UHGV virus genome: UHGV-0092003 | DNA from: a virus | Reading direction: 5' to 3' (one strand) | Length of the DNA stretch: 64,000 bases | In this document: piece after piece, positions 27,925 through 37,523 of the stretch | Position numbering within the stretch: the first letter of the stretch is position 1 | Layout: the number at the start of each line of letters is the position of its first letter | Notes under the pieces: model-generated | Database searches by the model: none | Told to the model about the DNA's origin: nothing | What the model saw: only the letters and a program-made list of their open reading frames with translations | Position numbers and translations under genes: made by a program

Positions 27925-28329
27925 ATGACTGTTTACGATCTGTCTGAGTTCGAAATCAACATCCGCCTGGCGAAGTTGATGAAATTGCAGGTTCAGGAAA
28001 TTGATGACAGCCGATCAACCGGCATGACGTCGTGGTATCACCACCAGATGCCGCATACAGTCTGGGTTACGGACGGCGAATCACCGTGGCGCCAGTTTTG
28101 CGCGACGCGTTCATGGGAAGACATTGGCCCGGTGATAAAAGATTTGCAGATCGCGCTTATTCCAGAAGCCCACGAAGGTCGTTTAGGCACTGAAGACTCT
28201 GAAATGTGGGGGGCAAACGTCTATTACTCTGGCGGCGAAGAGTTTACTACTCGATATGTCCAGCGACCTGAGCTGGCCGCGTCTATTGCCGCACTTGTCG
28301 CGTTAAGCGGCACTGAATTTATTAAATAA
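27925..28329 (+). CDS. hypothetical protein inserted between nrdA and nrdB
   Basis: 134 aa. No recognisable motif. Confidence 0.5.
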   Translation: MTVYDLSEFEINIRLAKLMKLQVQEIDDSRSTGMTSWYHHQMPHTVWVTDGESPWRQFCATRSWEDIGPVIKDLQIALIPEAHEGRLGTEDSEMWGANVYYSGGEEFTTRYVQRPELAASIAALVALSGTEFIK

Positions 28330-28342
28330 CAAAGGAAAACAC

Positions 28343-29485
28343 ATGTCATATTCAACCTTCCGTCTCGGCGCAAACGACGCGACGAAAGAACCAATGTTTC
28401 TCGGCAACTCCGTTAACGTTTCGCGCTACGACGTTCAAAAGTACCGTGAATTCGAAAAGCTGATTGAGAAACAGCTGTCATTCTTCTGGCGCCCGGAAGA
28501 GGTAGATATCTCGCAAGACCGAATCGACTACATGACGAAATTGGCCGATCATGAGCGGCATATCTTCACCAGTAACCTGCGCTACCAGACACTATTGGAC
28601 AGCGTTCAAGGCCGTAGCCCTAACGTTACGCTGCTGCCGCTGGCTTCCATCCCGGAGCTTGAAACGTGGATTGAAACCTGGGCCTTCTCCGAGACCATTC
28701 ACAGCCGCAGCTACACCCATATCATTCGAGGCATGGTTGATGATCCAAGCGAGATTTTCGACGGCATCGTAACTGATGAACAGATTATCAGCCGCGCATC
28801 GAGCGTATCGGCAGAGTACGACAAGCTTTATCAAATGGTCTGCGCTCGCGAGCATCTCGGGGAAGATGAATTTGAGCGTCTGTACGCGTCTGAGTTCGAC
28901 GGGAAGCCATACCCGATGCAACGCCAGCTGTTCCGCACCCTCGTATCTGTAAACGCGCTGGAAGCGATTCGTTTTTATGTCAGTTTTGCCTGCACGTTCG
29001 CGTTTGGCGAGCGAAAGCTGCTGGAAGGCAACGCGAAGATTATGCGACTGATTGCGCGTGACGAGGCGCTGCACTGCGAAGGCACTGAGCGCATGTTGCG
29101 AAATATGCGAAATGGTCGCGAAGGTTTGCTGTGGAAGCAGATCGCCGAAGAAGAAGAGCCGTTTGTCTACCAGACGATGCTCGACGTGGCCGAGCAGGAA
29201 ATGCGTTGGGCTGATTATCTGTTCAAAGACGGCTCGATGATTGGTCTGAATGCGAAGATCCTGAAACAGTACGTGAAGTACCGCACAAATCTGGCGATGA
29301 AGCGACTTCATCTCAACCCTCTGTTTGACGATGTCACTTTCGATCCGCTGCCGTGGATGAACAGCTGGCTGTTCACCGACAACGTTCAGGTGGCGCCGCA
29401 GGAAACGGAGATCCCTTCGTATCTGGTGGGGCAAATTGACGCAGCCGTTGATACATCAATGCTTGGCGGATTTGGCGATCTGTAA
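28343..29485 (+). CDS. nrdB: class Ia ribonucleotide reductase beta subunit
   Basis: 380 aa. Colinear with E. coli NrdB ([31 protein letters not shown], the Tyr radical region, C-terminal YLVGQID). Confidence 0.92.
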   Translation: MSYSTFRLGANDATKEPMFLGNSVNVSRYDVQKYREFEKLIEKQLSFFWRPEEVDISQDRIDYMTKLADHERHIFTSNLRYQTLLDSVQGRSPNVTLLPLASIPELETWIETWAFSETIHSRSYTHIIRGMVDDPSEIFDGIVTDEQIISRASSVSAEYDKLYQMVCAREHLGEDEFERLYASEFDGKPYPMQRQLFRTLVSVNALEAIRFYVSFACTFAFGERKLLEGNAKIMRLIARDEALHCEGTERMLRNMRNGREGLLWKQIAEEEEPFVYQTMLDVAEQEMRWADYLFKDGSMIGLNAKILKQYVKYRTNLAMKRLHLNPLFDDVTFDPLPWMNSWLFTDNVQVAPQETEIPSYLVGQIDAAVDTSMLGGFGDL

Positions 29486-29559
29486 GCCTTTTAGTTTGTT
29501 TTTGTGACCTGGTTCGCTGGGTCACAATAATCACATCATTCAAATGCACGGAATTAAAA

Positions 29560-30426
29560 ATGTTAAAGAAAGTATTAGAGACATCTCGCCTGAAATCTGA
29601 AGCCAAAAATGGCAAAAAAATCGACACGCTTCACGAGATCTACCCAGGCGGCATCGACATTACGATGAAAATCGGCGAGATGGTGTCAGAGTTTCATGAA
29701 TTATTTCAGCATCCGATCGCGGTCGACGTCACGCCTGAGCTTTTAGAACTGCGGGCTGGTCTTATCCGTGAAGAGGCTGTAGACGAAGCTGCCGAAGCCG
29801 TTGAACGCCTGGACATGGATAAGGTTCTGGACGCTATGGCCGATGGTTTATACGTTGGTATTGGCACATTGATCAGCGTGCGTGGCGGTGTGGCTAACGC
29901 CATGGCCCACTTCACAAAAGAGCAGAGCGAAGACATTTACACCGGCTATGTTCATGCTCATAGCAAAAAGCCGCAGGAAGACATCATCCTCGGGCTATCT
30001 CAGTTTGGTGTGGCCGTAGAAGAGCTTGAAATTATTGCGGCCAAAATCCGATCTGGGTATGCGGATACCACCAGTCTGGCCGTGGACTTGCGTGGCGCAA
30101 TGAATCGCATCTACGTGGCGTCACAGATGGTTTATCACCTGGCGGATTTGATGAATGTCCCTGTTGTTGATCTGGTGGCCGAAGTCCATCGCAGTAATAT
30201 GACTAAGCTTTGGCCGGCTGACGCCGAACTGCGCATGAAGTTGGTTGCGAAGTGCAAATACGACAAAGATGACCTGGCATTCCGTGTTGCTGAAGGTCGG
30301 GATGGCATGATCGGGTATCGAATTTCTGATGGCAAGATCCTGAAATCGCCGACATATGACTCGGCGGACTTGTCCCGGTTTGTTGATATGGCAATGAACT
30401 CAATAATCGGGCGTCACTTTTTCTAA
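29560..30426 (+). CDS. all-alpha NTP pyrophosphohydrolase (MazG/HisE/dCTPase-like), putative
   Basis: 288 aa. EExxDEAAEAVERLDxxxxxDAMADGLYVGIGTL resembles the MazG EExxE...EELGDLLF metal-binding helices. Confidence 0.45.
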   Translation: MLKKVLETSRLKSEAKNGKKIDTLHEIYPGGIDITMKIGEMVSEFHELFQHPIAVDVTPELLELRAGLIREEAVDEAAEAVERLDMDKVLDAMADGLYVGIGTLISVRGGVANAMAHFTKEQSEDIYTGYVHAHSKKPQEDIILGLSQFGVAVEELEIIAAKIRSGYADTTSLAVDLRGAMNRIYVASQMVYHLADLMNVPVVDLVAEVHRSNMTKLWPADAELRMKLVAKCKYDKDDLAFRVAEGRDGMIGYRISDGKILKSPTYDSADLSRFVDMAMNSIIGRHFF

Positions 30427-30517
30427 AAAAGATGAATTATGCATTGATAAGTAAATACTTATTGATGTATATTCTTTCCCGCCTTGTATTATTTTGTTTT
30501 GCTTAAACACCACCCCG

Positions 30518-30558
30518 TAAGAACCTTAGCGGTCGGCCATTTGGTCGACCGTTTTTTT
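30518..30558 (+). terminator. rho-independent terminator
   Basis: GCGGTCGGCC-ATTT-GGTCGACCG followed by T9. Confidence 0.6.
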
Positions 30559-30621
30559 TTCTGCAATACCTCTTGTTGTTGTGTAAAATAAGTAAATCAT
30601 TACTTACCAACGAGAGACGAA

Positions 30622-31713
30622 ATGAACGAACTATTCGAAAACGGCCTTTTGACCGATTCATCCTACGCCTGTGTTCTCGCGGAAGCCGCCTCCTCCGACA
30701 TTAAGTCCGACAATCGCACTGGAACTCCTACTATTGGCACCTGCTATGTGAATTCACAGTATCCGCTCTGGGGCGCTGCCGTTCCGCTTATCTCCGCCAA
30801 AGCCGTCAATCTGAAGCCTCTACTTGTAGAGCTTGAGTGGTATTTGAAAGGAACCGGTGATGTCTCTTTTCTGCGCGAACACAACGTAAAAATCTGGGAT
30901 GCATGGGTAAAAGAAGACGGCACGCTTGGCCCGGTATATGGCAAGCAATGGCGTCGCTGGAACGATACCCGGATCGTCAATCGATATGAATTCGTTAAAA
31001 ACGGTCTGGACTATCGCAAGCGCGGCTACAAAGTCGAGGGTTATCTGGGCCACGAAGAAGATCGCGTCGTTCTCTCTCGTGAAATTGACCAGTTACAGCG
31101 CATCGTCGACAAGCTGCGAAGCAACCCGACTGATCGTCGCGTGATGATGAGCGCGTGGAATGTTGGAGAACTCGAAGACATGGCACTGCCGCCGTGCCAC
31201 TTCATGTACCACGTTTGGAGCCGCGAACTCGGCTTTGAAGAGCGTCTGCGCCAGGCCAATGCCATCGGTGAGGCTCATGCAAAATATCTCCACGAGTCAC
31301 GCTATACGGCTCTGCTGGCCGAGATTGAGCGCCGCGGCGAAGCCAGCGAAGAAATGCTGGACTCATTAAATATCCCCCGCCGTGCGCTCTGTTCGGCAAT
31401 GATTCAACGTAGCGTCGATGTGTTCGTCGGTATGCCATTCAATATCGCCGGCTACGGCATCCTGACGTCTCTGATTGCTCAGATCACCAACCACATGCCG
31501 ATGATGTTCTCTCACTTCGGTATGGACGTTCACGTCTACGAAAACCACATGGACGGTGTTAACGAGATGATGGATCGCGACATCCCGGAAAATTCAGACC
31601 CGGTCGTCATTTTTCCCGAGTCGTGGAAAGAGATTGATGACTTCCGCTGGCAGGACGTTCGCATCGAAGGTTACGCGCCGCATCCGTGGATCAAAGTGCC
31701 GGTGGCTGTTTGA
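30622..31713 (+). CDS. thyA: thymidylate synthase (ThyA type) with ~55-aa insertion
   Basis: RRVMMSAWNVGELEDMALPPCHFMYHVW, VDVFVGMPFNIAGYGILT, EGYAPHPWIKVPVAV are colinear with E. coli ThyA. Extra segment ELGFEERLRQANAIGEAHAKYLHESRYTALLAEIERRGEASEEML after the PCH active site. Has an N-terminal extension. Confidence 0.9.
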   Translation: MNELFENGLLTDSSYACVLAEAASSDIKSDNRTGTPTIGTCYVNSQYPLWGAAVPLISAKAVNLKPLLVELEWYLKGTGDVSFLREHNVKIWDAWVKEDGTLGPVYGKQWRRWNDTRIVNRYEFVKNGLDYRKRGYKVEGYLGHEEDRVVLSREIDQLQRIVDKLRSNPTDRRVMMSAWNVGELEDMALPPCHFMYHVWSRELGFEERLRQANAIGEAHAKYLHESRYTALLAEIERRGEASEEMLDSLNIPRRALCSAMIQRSVDVFVGMPFNIAGYGILTSLIAQITNHMPMMFSHFGMDVHVYENHMDGVNEMMDRDIPENSDPVVIFPESWKEIDDFRWQDVRIEGYAPHPWIKVPVAV

Positions 31714-31714
31714 T

Positions 31715-32128
31715 ATGGCTAAGGGAATGTTCGCGCTCGTGGAGCTGGATGACGTAGTCGCAGACAGCAGACACCGCGCCTCCGTAGACATTGAAAAAGA
31801 CCGCATCGACATGATGGCCGGTGACGAGCTGATTTACCCAACGAGCAGGATGCTGAAAGGCTTCTATCGCTCGGGTATTGAAATCGTGCTGGTCACAACC
31901 AAACGTCTTTTGAAAGAAGAGCGGGAAGTTACCCGGGCGTGGCTTTCCGCTCACGGCGTCAGTTACGACTATTTGGTTCAGGCCGAAAGCGTGGAGCATC
32001 TGGCTCGATGGATCAAAGACAACCAGCGGGAAAATATTTTTGTCATGGCGATTTGTGCTGGCAACAAGCTAATCAGCATGGCGAATAACCACCCGCACAA
32101 GCCTCATATTTACCAGGTTCAACGATGA
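31715..32128 (+). CDS. HAD-superfamily NT5C-like (deoxy)nucleotidase, putative
   Basis: 137 aa from ATG 31715. N-terminal LVELDDVVAD resembles the VDMDGVLAD motif I, but with Glu at the nucleophile position. Confidence 0.4.
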   Translation: MAKGMFALVELDDVVADSRHRASVDIEKDRIDMMAGDELIYPTSRMLKGFYRSGIEIVLVTTKRLLKEEREVTRAWLSAHGVSYDYLVQAESVEHLARWIKDNQRENIFVMAICAGNKLISMANNHPHKPHIYQVQR

Positions 32129-32607
32129 GAATGATAGCGGCCGTTGGCCGAAATTTTGAAATAGGCAGAGGAAATGATCTGCCTTGGAAATGCCCCGCAG
32201 AACTGAGTCTCTTCAGACAGTTGACGCATGGGTTCACCGTAATCATGGGCAGAAAAACAGCCGAGAGTCTGGGTAAGGCATTGCCGGGTCGACGCAACGT
32301 AATGCTGACACGTTCACCAGCTGTAGTGGCGCCTCAAGGCATCCAGAACGCCTCAGTCGAACGCTGTTTGCGCGAGTTCCCCAATGCGTGGGTTATCGGT
32401 GGCGCCGTCGTGTATGAGGTGATGCTTCCGCATGTGACGGAAATTTGGCTGAGCCATATCAATATTGAAGTGCCGGATGCAGACGCTTTCTTCCCGTTTG
32501 AAGCAATGCGTCAGATGGGTTTTGAAGCGGTTGATACGGTGAATGAATTTGCTGGTGATGAGAATTCACCATCGTTTAAACAAATTGTTTACAGGAAGTT
32601 GAAATGA
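32125..32607 (+). CDS. folA: dihydrofolate reductase
   Basis: 160 aa. MIAAVGRNFEIGRGNDLPWKCPAELSLFRQLTHGFTVIMGRKT matches E. coli FolA [46 protein letters not shown]. Confidence 0.88.
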   Translation: MRMIAAVGRNFEIGRGNDLPWKCPAELSLFRQLTHGFTVIMGRKTAESLGKALPGRRNVMLTRSPAVVAPQGIQNASVERCLREFPNAWVIGGAVVYEVMLPHVTEIWLSHINIEVPDADAFFPFEAMRQMGFEAVDTVNEFAGDENSPSFKQIVYRKLK

Positions 32608-33254
32608 AAATTGGCCTTTGTGGTGCGCAAGGAACGGGTAAAACGACGCTGGCGAAAGCTTACAGTGAAGTGTCAGGTATCCCATACATCGACGCTAAAG
32701 TCGGCGATTTTCTCAACGAGATAGGCGTAGATTTGTCACGAAGCGATATGCCGATTGTTGAACGGATGAAGGCGCAATTAATGGTGGCCGGCCACATCGC
32801 GAGCATAACTGAGGCGCCAGATCTCCACAAGACCGGGTTTATTATCGACCGCACGCCTATCGACGTCATGGCGTACACCCACGACATTGCCGTTCCACAC
32901 TACAAAAATGATGAGGTGCTGGAGCTGTATGCTCAGACGCATATGGTATGTCTGGACGCGGTCTCGGAGAATTTTAATCTGTGTCTCATGCTGCGCCCCG
33001 GTGTCCAGCTTTCCTCGCAAGACCATTACCGAAAGCAGAGAGCCTCACTGCAGCCGTTCTACGTTAACCACATCGATATGCTCATGGTTTCGATGATCAT
33101 GTCGTTTTCAACGAAAGTGGTTGCCAGCTCACTATCTCGATTTGCGTTTATGCAGGACGACGTTGTTGACCTGAGCCTCCGCGTCGATGCCCTGGAGGAC
33201 ATCGTGAGAAATATCGCTTTAAATTCTGTTACGAAGCGCGAGCCTTGTCATTGA
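32604..33254 (+). CDS. P-loop NTPase, putative (deoxy)nucleoside/nucleotide kinase
   Basis: 216 aa. Walker A GAQGTGKTT. DRTPIDVMAYT resembles the DRS lid motif of dNK-type kinases. Sits in the nucleotide-metabolism operon. Confidence 0.45.
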   Translation: MKIGLCGAQGTGKTTLAKAYSEVSGIPYIDAKVGDFLNEIGVDLSRSDMPIVERMKAQLMVAGHIASITEAPDLHKTGFIIDRTPIDVMAYTHDIAVPHYKNDEVLELYAQTHMVCLDAVSENFNLCLMLRPGVQLSSQDHYRKQRASLQPFYVNHIDMLMVSMIMSFSTKVVASSLSRFAFMQDDVVDLSLRVDALEDIVRNIALNSVTKREPCH

Positions 33255-33308
33255 TATTGATCCCCTGTTCGCATGAGTCAGAATAATAAAAAAAACAGAG
33301 GAAAGCAC

Positions 33309-33716
33309 ATGTATAGCGCTGCCGAAGAACTTGACAGAAAAGTTTCAGAAACCCTTGTGGACATAATCAAAAAGCAGACTGGCGGATTGATGACGACGAA
33401 TGAGGCGAAAGCAGCCATTCATTCGGTGTTCTGTTCTGTCATGGGTCTGGTAGGCCCGGATGTCGCCGAACTTCTAGAAGAGGCAATGAATACGATAGAG
33501 AAGGAGCGACCGTCGCCGTTCCCTCTCTATCTGAAAACTGCCAATGGCGTTTATATCTCGGTAACGCCAGACCCTATGATCAGGAGAGTTTTCGTCAGGG
33601 TTATGGCTGGTGAATATCGAACAATGAATTACGAGTGCGAAAGCGCAAGCAGCACGATTAAAAAGGCACTTGAAGTGGTGCAGTTACTTGTCAAACAGGG
33701 TGCAAAACGACTATGA
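33309..33716 (+). CDS. hypothetical protein
   Basis: 135 aa from the conserved ACAGAGGAAAGCACATG start. The track ORF begins 36 nt earlier. Confidence 0.5.
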   Translation: MYSAAEELDRKVSETLVDIIKKQTGGLMTTNEAKAAIHSVFCSVMGLVGPDVAELLEEAMNTIEKERPSPFPLYLKTANGVYISVTPDPMIRRVFVRVMAGEYRTMNYECESASSTIKKALEVVQLLVKQGAKRL

Positions 33717-34264
33717 CAGTTGCAACAGGTGTGGATATTGAGACCACTGGTCTCGATGTTTACTCAGGCCATAAAATTATTGAGATCGCTCTTGTCTCAT
33801 ATGAGTTAGAGACCTCGCGGAAAATTCATGAAGTGTCGCTGAGGTTCAACCCACGGCGCAGCATTGACGCGAAAGCCCAGGCAGTCCACCACATCTCGCT
33901 TGAGATGCTGGCCGACTGTCCACTGTTCGAAGATAAAGCCGCTGCGCTGGCTAAAGCATTGGCAGCGGCGGATGTGTGGGTCGCGCACAACGGTCGACAG
34001 TTCGATATCCCCTTCATCACCAAGCAAATGAGTGATTGCGGCGTAGAGCTACCGCAGCGTCCGCTGGTGGACACCATGGATGCGCGATGGGCATGTGAGA
34101 ACGGCAAGATCCCACGATTGCAGGAACTAGCCGTCGCCATGGGATTCGTCTATGACGAGGAAAAGGCGCATGGGGCGCTTTATGATACTGACCTCATGAT
34201 GAAGTGCTTCATGAAGGCTAGAAAAGACTACGGGTTCTTCCCCATCCCCGAATTGGTGATTTAG
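33713..34264 (+). CDS. DnaQ-like (Pol III epsilon family) 3'-5' proofreading exonuclease
   Basis: 183 aa. DEDDh motifs DIETTGL, HNGRQFDIPF, HGALYDTD. Confidence 0.8.
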   Translation: MTVATGVDIETTGLDVYSGHKIIEIALVSYELETSRKIHEVSLRFNPRRSIDAKAQAVHHISLEMLADCPLFEDKAAALAKALAAADVWVAHNGRQFDIPFITKQMSDCGVELPQRPLVDTMDARWACENGKIPRLQELAVAMGFVYDEEKAHGALYDTDLMMKCFMKARKDYGFFPIPELVI

Positions 34265-34366
34265 TTGATTGCTACCATTATTGGGTAATAGCAAACGTTT
34301 GCCTTCAGGTGCGGTTAATGTTTAATTACATTTACATGTAATTTCCGTGAAGTCTGCGAGTGGGTA

Positions 34367-34468
34367 TGAACTGGTTAGAGTTAGGGTTAAGTGTGCTAGG
34401 GCTTTTTGTCATCGCTGTGGCACTGTTCATCATGGACTGGAACTTCAGTTGCCGATACCGCGATTAAT
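34367..34468 (+). CDS. tiny hydrophobic peptide (33 aa), speculative
   Basis: MNWLELGLSVLGLFVIAVALFIMDWNFSCRYRD. Followed by terminator GCCGCC/GGCGGC plus TTTTCTT at 34488-34515. Confidence 0.2.
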
Positions 34469-34613
34469 CAGATCCTCCAACTCTTAAAAGCCGCCGCCTG
34501 GCGGCTTTTCTTATGCCTCAAAACAAGATGTTTACCTGATTGATTTATCTTTTATGCCTGCTGTCGCATGTCAAAATAACTTCATTGAAACGATTACAAC
34601 AAAGGAAAAACAC

Positions 34614-35405
34614 ATGAGCGCTACACATTCAACTAATAAAGAAAACAGCAACGCAGACCTGATCGCAATGCTGTCAGAGCTAGATGGCTTAAACCCCATT
34701 GAAGAGCACGAAGAGGTTGCAGGTGAAGTTGTTGAGGTGAAAAAACCTACGACCTACACAACTGATGATCTGTTCAGCGAACTCTTGCCGCTGGTCTCAT
34801 CTGAAAAGCCCGTCAGAAGTGAAGAAGAGGCGATACAGGAGCTTCTAAGTAATATTGATGATGAAATTAAGCCGATTGAGAAATCGATAGAAGTGGTTGA
34901 AGAGCCGGTTGAAGCTGTTGAAGCGCAAGTAGCTGAAGAACAGGCATCGGATACAAAGTCAGAACCTGAAAAGCCGAAACGCTCACCATCTTCAACCGGC
35001 GCTCGCAAAAAACGGTTCTCAATGGATCAACTTTCAGACGAAGTCATGGCTGAGCTAGGTTTTGAACGCAAAGCCTTCATGGATGCATATAATGCTTGTC
35101 CGGTAAAAGCGATGGACAAGGTGCAGAATTTTATGGCCTGGAGTCAGGGGTTGGCTGAGCTTAGCGTATATACCCAGATATCGGTCACTCATCTCATTAA
35201 CGCAGGCACCAGCGATACGGCAGGATTCCGTCTGGCTATGATGAGTAACCCAACTAAGCCATACCCTTCATCGACTGCATCAGCGCAGGCGGGGCAGATG
35301 ATGAGCATCCTTCCGGTGTTGGGGATGGCGATCAAAGATGGTAAAACGCTCACGTTGAATGAAGATTCCCCGCTGGTTAAGAAGTTCAAAAACGAGGCGA
35401 TGTAG
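34614..35405 (+). CDS. hypothetical protein with acidic N-terminal half
   Basis: 263 aa from the conserved CAAAGGAAAAACACATG start. Confidence 0.5.
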   Translation: MSATHSTNKENSNADLIAMLSELDGLNPIEEHEEVAGEVVEVKKPTTYTTDDLFSELLPLVSSEKPVRSEEEAIQELLSNIDDEIKPIEKSIEVVEEPVEAVEAQVAEEQASDTKSEPEKPKRSPSSTGARKKRFSMDQLSDEVMAELGFERKAFMDAYNACPVKAMDKVQNFMAWSQGLAELSVYTQISVTHLINAGTSDTAGFRLAMMSNPTKPYPSSTASAQAGQMMSILPVLGMAIKDGKTLTLNEDSPLVKKFKNEAM

Positions 35406-35758
35406 TGGATATCAAGCGGCTTTTCCAGATGAAGAGACCATGCCCTGACTGTCCTTTCCTGAAGAGCGGAGGTATAGAGCTTCATGAGGGACGTCTGGAA
35501 CAGATTAAAAATGACTTACTGACAGACGATCAGAGACCGTTTCAGTGCCATAAAACAACCTACTCAACAGGCGGAAGATATGACGACGACGGGGAGCGAT
35601 ATCTACCGTCAGGAAAGGAGGCTTACTGTGCCGGCGCAATGGCTTTCTTGTATGCCAACAGAAGAATGAATGTTCCGATGCGGCTTGGCATCATCTATGG
35701 CGCCCTGAATGTCGATGATTTAGAAGCCACAATCCCGTTAATAGACACCAGTGTCTAA
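35405..35758 (+). CDS. Cys/His zinc-binding-like hypothetical protein
   Basis: 117 aa. CPDCPF...CH...C. GTG start. Terminator GCCCCTCGTGGGC plus T6 at 35768-35795. Confidence 0.45.
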   Translation: MDIKRLFQMKRPCPDCPFLKSGGIELHEGRLEQIKNDLLTDDQRPFQCHKTTYSTGGRYDDDGERYLPSGKEAYCAGAMAFLYANRRMNVPMRLGIIYGALNVDDLEATIPLIDTSV

Positions 35759-35926
35759 AACGTTGCAGAAAAGCCCCTCGTGGGCTTTTTTGTCTAACTA
35801 GTACCATCGCACCACCAACACCAAGAAAATGCGATCCCTTCCTTTCTATGGCTGATCCCGATGTATTCGTCTTGTTAGTTCTCTCTAACTCTGTAAAATA
35901 AGTAAATGTTTACCTATTGGTGTGGT

Positions 35927-36559
35927 ATGAACGGATCTCAGAAAATTAAAAAACGTGAGCGCGACGGCAACTTGCGCGATCTCTGGAGAACGCCTCTGTG
36001 GTTATTTCGCGCCATTGAGGTTTATCTGGGAGTGAAGTTTCAGGTTGATGTCGCGTGCAACAAAGATAACGCGATCCTGCCTGATTTTATAGGCGTCGAG
36101 CGTGACGCGCTGAAGTCGAGCTGGGGAGAGCCTGGTACTGTGGCATTCCTGAACCCGCCCTATTCCAAAATCAAACCATGGATAGACGCCGCGGCGCGTG
36201 AACAAGCCAATGGCGTTACGACCGTCATGCTTGTCCCTCAGTCCCTCGACACTCAGTGGTATCTGGACGTTAAGCGCAGCGCGAATCAGACCGTGCTTAT
36301 TGTTGGCGGTCGCGTCGCTTTCATGGAGCCAGACACAGCGCTGGGATTGGTTGAAGTACGCGAGAATACTGGCGGCAGCATGTTGCTGGTCTTCCGGGGC
36401 TTCTGTGGCGCTGCTGGACACCAGACGACGGAGATCGACATCGGCGTGATGAAATTGTTGGGTGGCTATGATCCACTAACGGCGAAACGGAAGCCACGTA
36501 AGAAGCCTGTTAAGAAAGCATCTCCACCCCTTAATAAAAAGACTTTAAAAGCGCTTTAA
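35927..36559 (+). CDS. phage Dam-family N6-adenine DNA methyltransferase
   Basis: LWRTPLWLFRAIEVY and VAFLNPPYSKIKPWI (motif IV NPPY). The short overall architecture fits the small phage Dam family. ATG 35927 is preferred to the track start at 35906. Confidence 0.75.
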   Translation: MNGSQKIKKRERDGNLRDLWRTPLWLFRAIEVYLGVKFQVDVACNKDNAILPDFIGVERDALKSSWGEPGTVAFLNPPYSKIKPWIDAAAREQANGVTTVMLVPQSLDTQWYLDVKRSANQTVLIVGGRVAFMEPDTALGLVEVRENTGGSMLLVFRGFCGAAGHQTTEIDIGVMKLLGGYDPLTAKRKPRKKPVKKASPPLNKKTLKAL

Positions 36560-36575
36560 ATAATATACAGAGCCA

Positions 36576-36620
36576 GGCTTATTTAAGAGATTCAGGCACT
36601 TGCGTGCCTTAATCTCTCTT
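36576..36620 (+). terminator. nested-stem rho-independent terminator
   Basis: AAGAGATT-C-AGGCAC-TTGC-GTGCCT-T-AATCTCTC followed by TTTTG. Confidence 0.6.
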
Positions 36621-36715
36621 TTGTCTGGAGTGTATTCAAAAGAACCTCAAACACCAGCTTTGTAGCCTGTTTAATGGCTTTAAGATGGCTTTAACAAAAC
36701 GAAAAGGATCGCAAA

Positions 36716-36940
36716 ATGACTTATGAAACAAACATCGTCGCCCTGGCGGAGAACGAATTTCTGGACAACACTCGGAAGCTGATGGAGAAGCGAGATACGG
36801 CCTTTAGTCTTTATCAATGGGTCGTTGATAGTCTGCGTGAAGGTAAACACACTGAAGAGATTGGGATGCTGGTTGGCGACCTGATTAACTCAAACTTTGC
36901 TCTTGAAGTGCAGCTAAAGGGTCGTGCCGGCGCTCGGTAG
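36716..36940 (+). CDS. hypothetical protein
   Basis: 74 aa. Confidence 0.45.
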   Translation: MTYETNIVALAENEFLDNTRKLMEKRDTAFSLYQWVVDSLREGKHTEEIGMLVGDLINSNFALEVQLKGRAGAR

Positions 36941-36964
36941 TAAGTAACAATTTACTTATGCGAG

Positions 36965-37505
36965 TGTGATATGTATCATTGTCGGGCCACCAATGGTGGC
37001 CCAAAATTTATTAGCAGCCAAGCTAATACAAAATGGCAACGACACCAGTCTCTCGGTGAGAAACGGTCGGGATTGGTGGAGCAGTAAAGAACCTTGAGCA
37101 AACGCTCTTGGGAAGGCCCAGACGGGATTTGTAGCATAGGGTCTGTATTGCCGGTGTGGGCGCGAAGTGGTAACTCGCGTCGGTTGAGGGCAAAAGCTAC
37201 AGGGCTGTGAGACAGGGGGAGCGACTTAGATACCTGACTCACAGAATAAAAGCTCAACCATTAAATTCTAAGAGGAACCTATACGAGTAAGCCCTTTCCA
37301 CGAGAATGAGAGTGCTTACCAGTAGGGGGCGTTGCTGGACTTACACCTAACTTTTTCGATTAAAAAGACACTGATTCGACCGAACCGTTAAACAATATGG
37401 GTCGAAGTTTTTTTAACGAAATTGTTAGGATAAGTATGTCCAGCAGCCCCTACCGAGAGACATTAAAACATCAGCGAAACGGCGAAACAGAGAAGCGATA
37501 AAGCG
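36965..37505 (+). ncRNA. candidate structured non-coding RNA (unknown class)
   Basis: ~540 nt with no ORF. Starts after an ATAAGTAA-type palindrome and a GGGCCACC-AAT-GGTGGCCC hairpin. Several perfect stems: CTGTGAG/CTCACAG, CTTTTT/AAAAAG, TTCGACC/GGTCGAA. Long-range pairing of 37318-37340 with 37441-37462. Confidence 0.3.
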
Positions 37506-37523
37506 ACGAACTGGAAAGGCAAA

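Noticed and set aside
28592-29434. 280-aa minus-strand ORF across nrdB.
   Set aside because: It is antisense to an NrdB that aligns end-to-end with E. coli NrdB.
36965-37505. tmRNA, tRNA or RNase P identity for the structured region.
   Set aside because: It lacks the tRNA-like 5'/3' pairing with a terminal CCA, a GGTTCGAATCC T-loop and the RNase P P4 consensus. It is retained only as an unknown-class ncRNA candidate.
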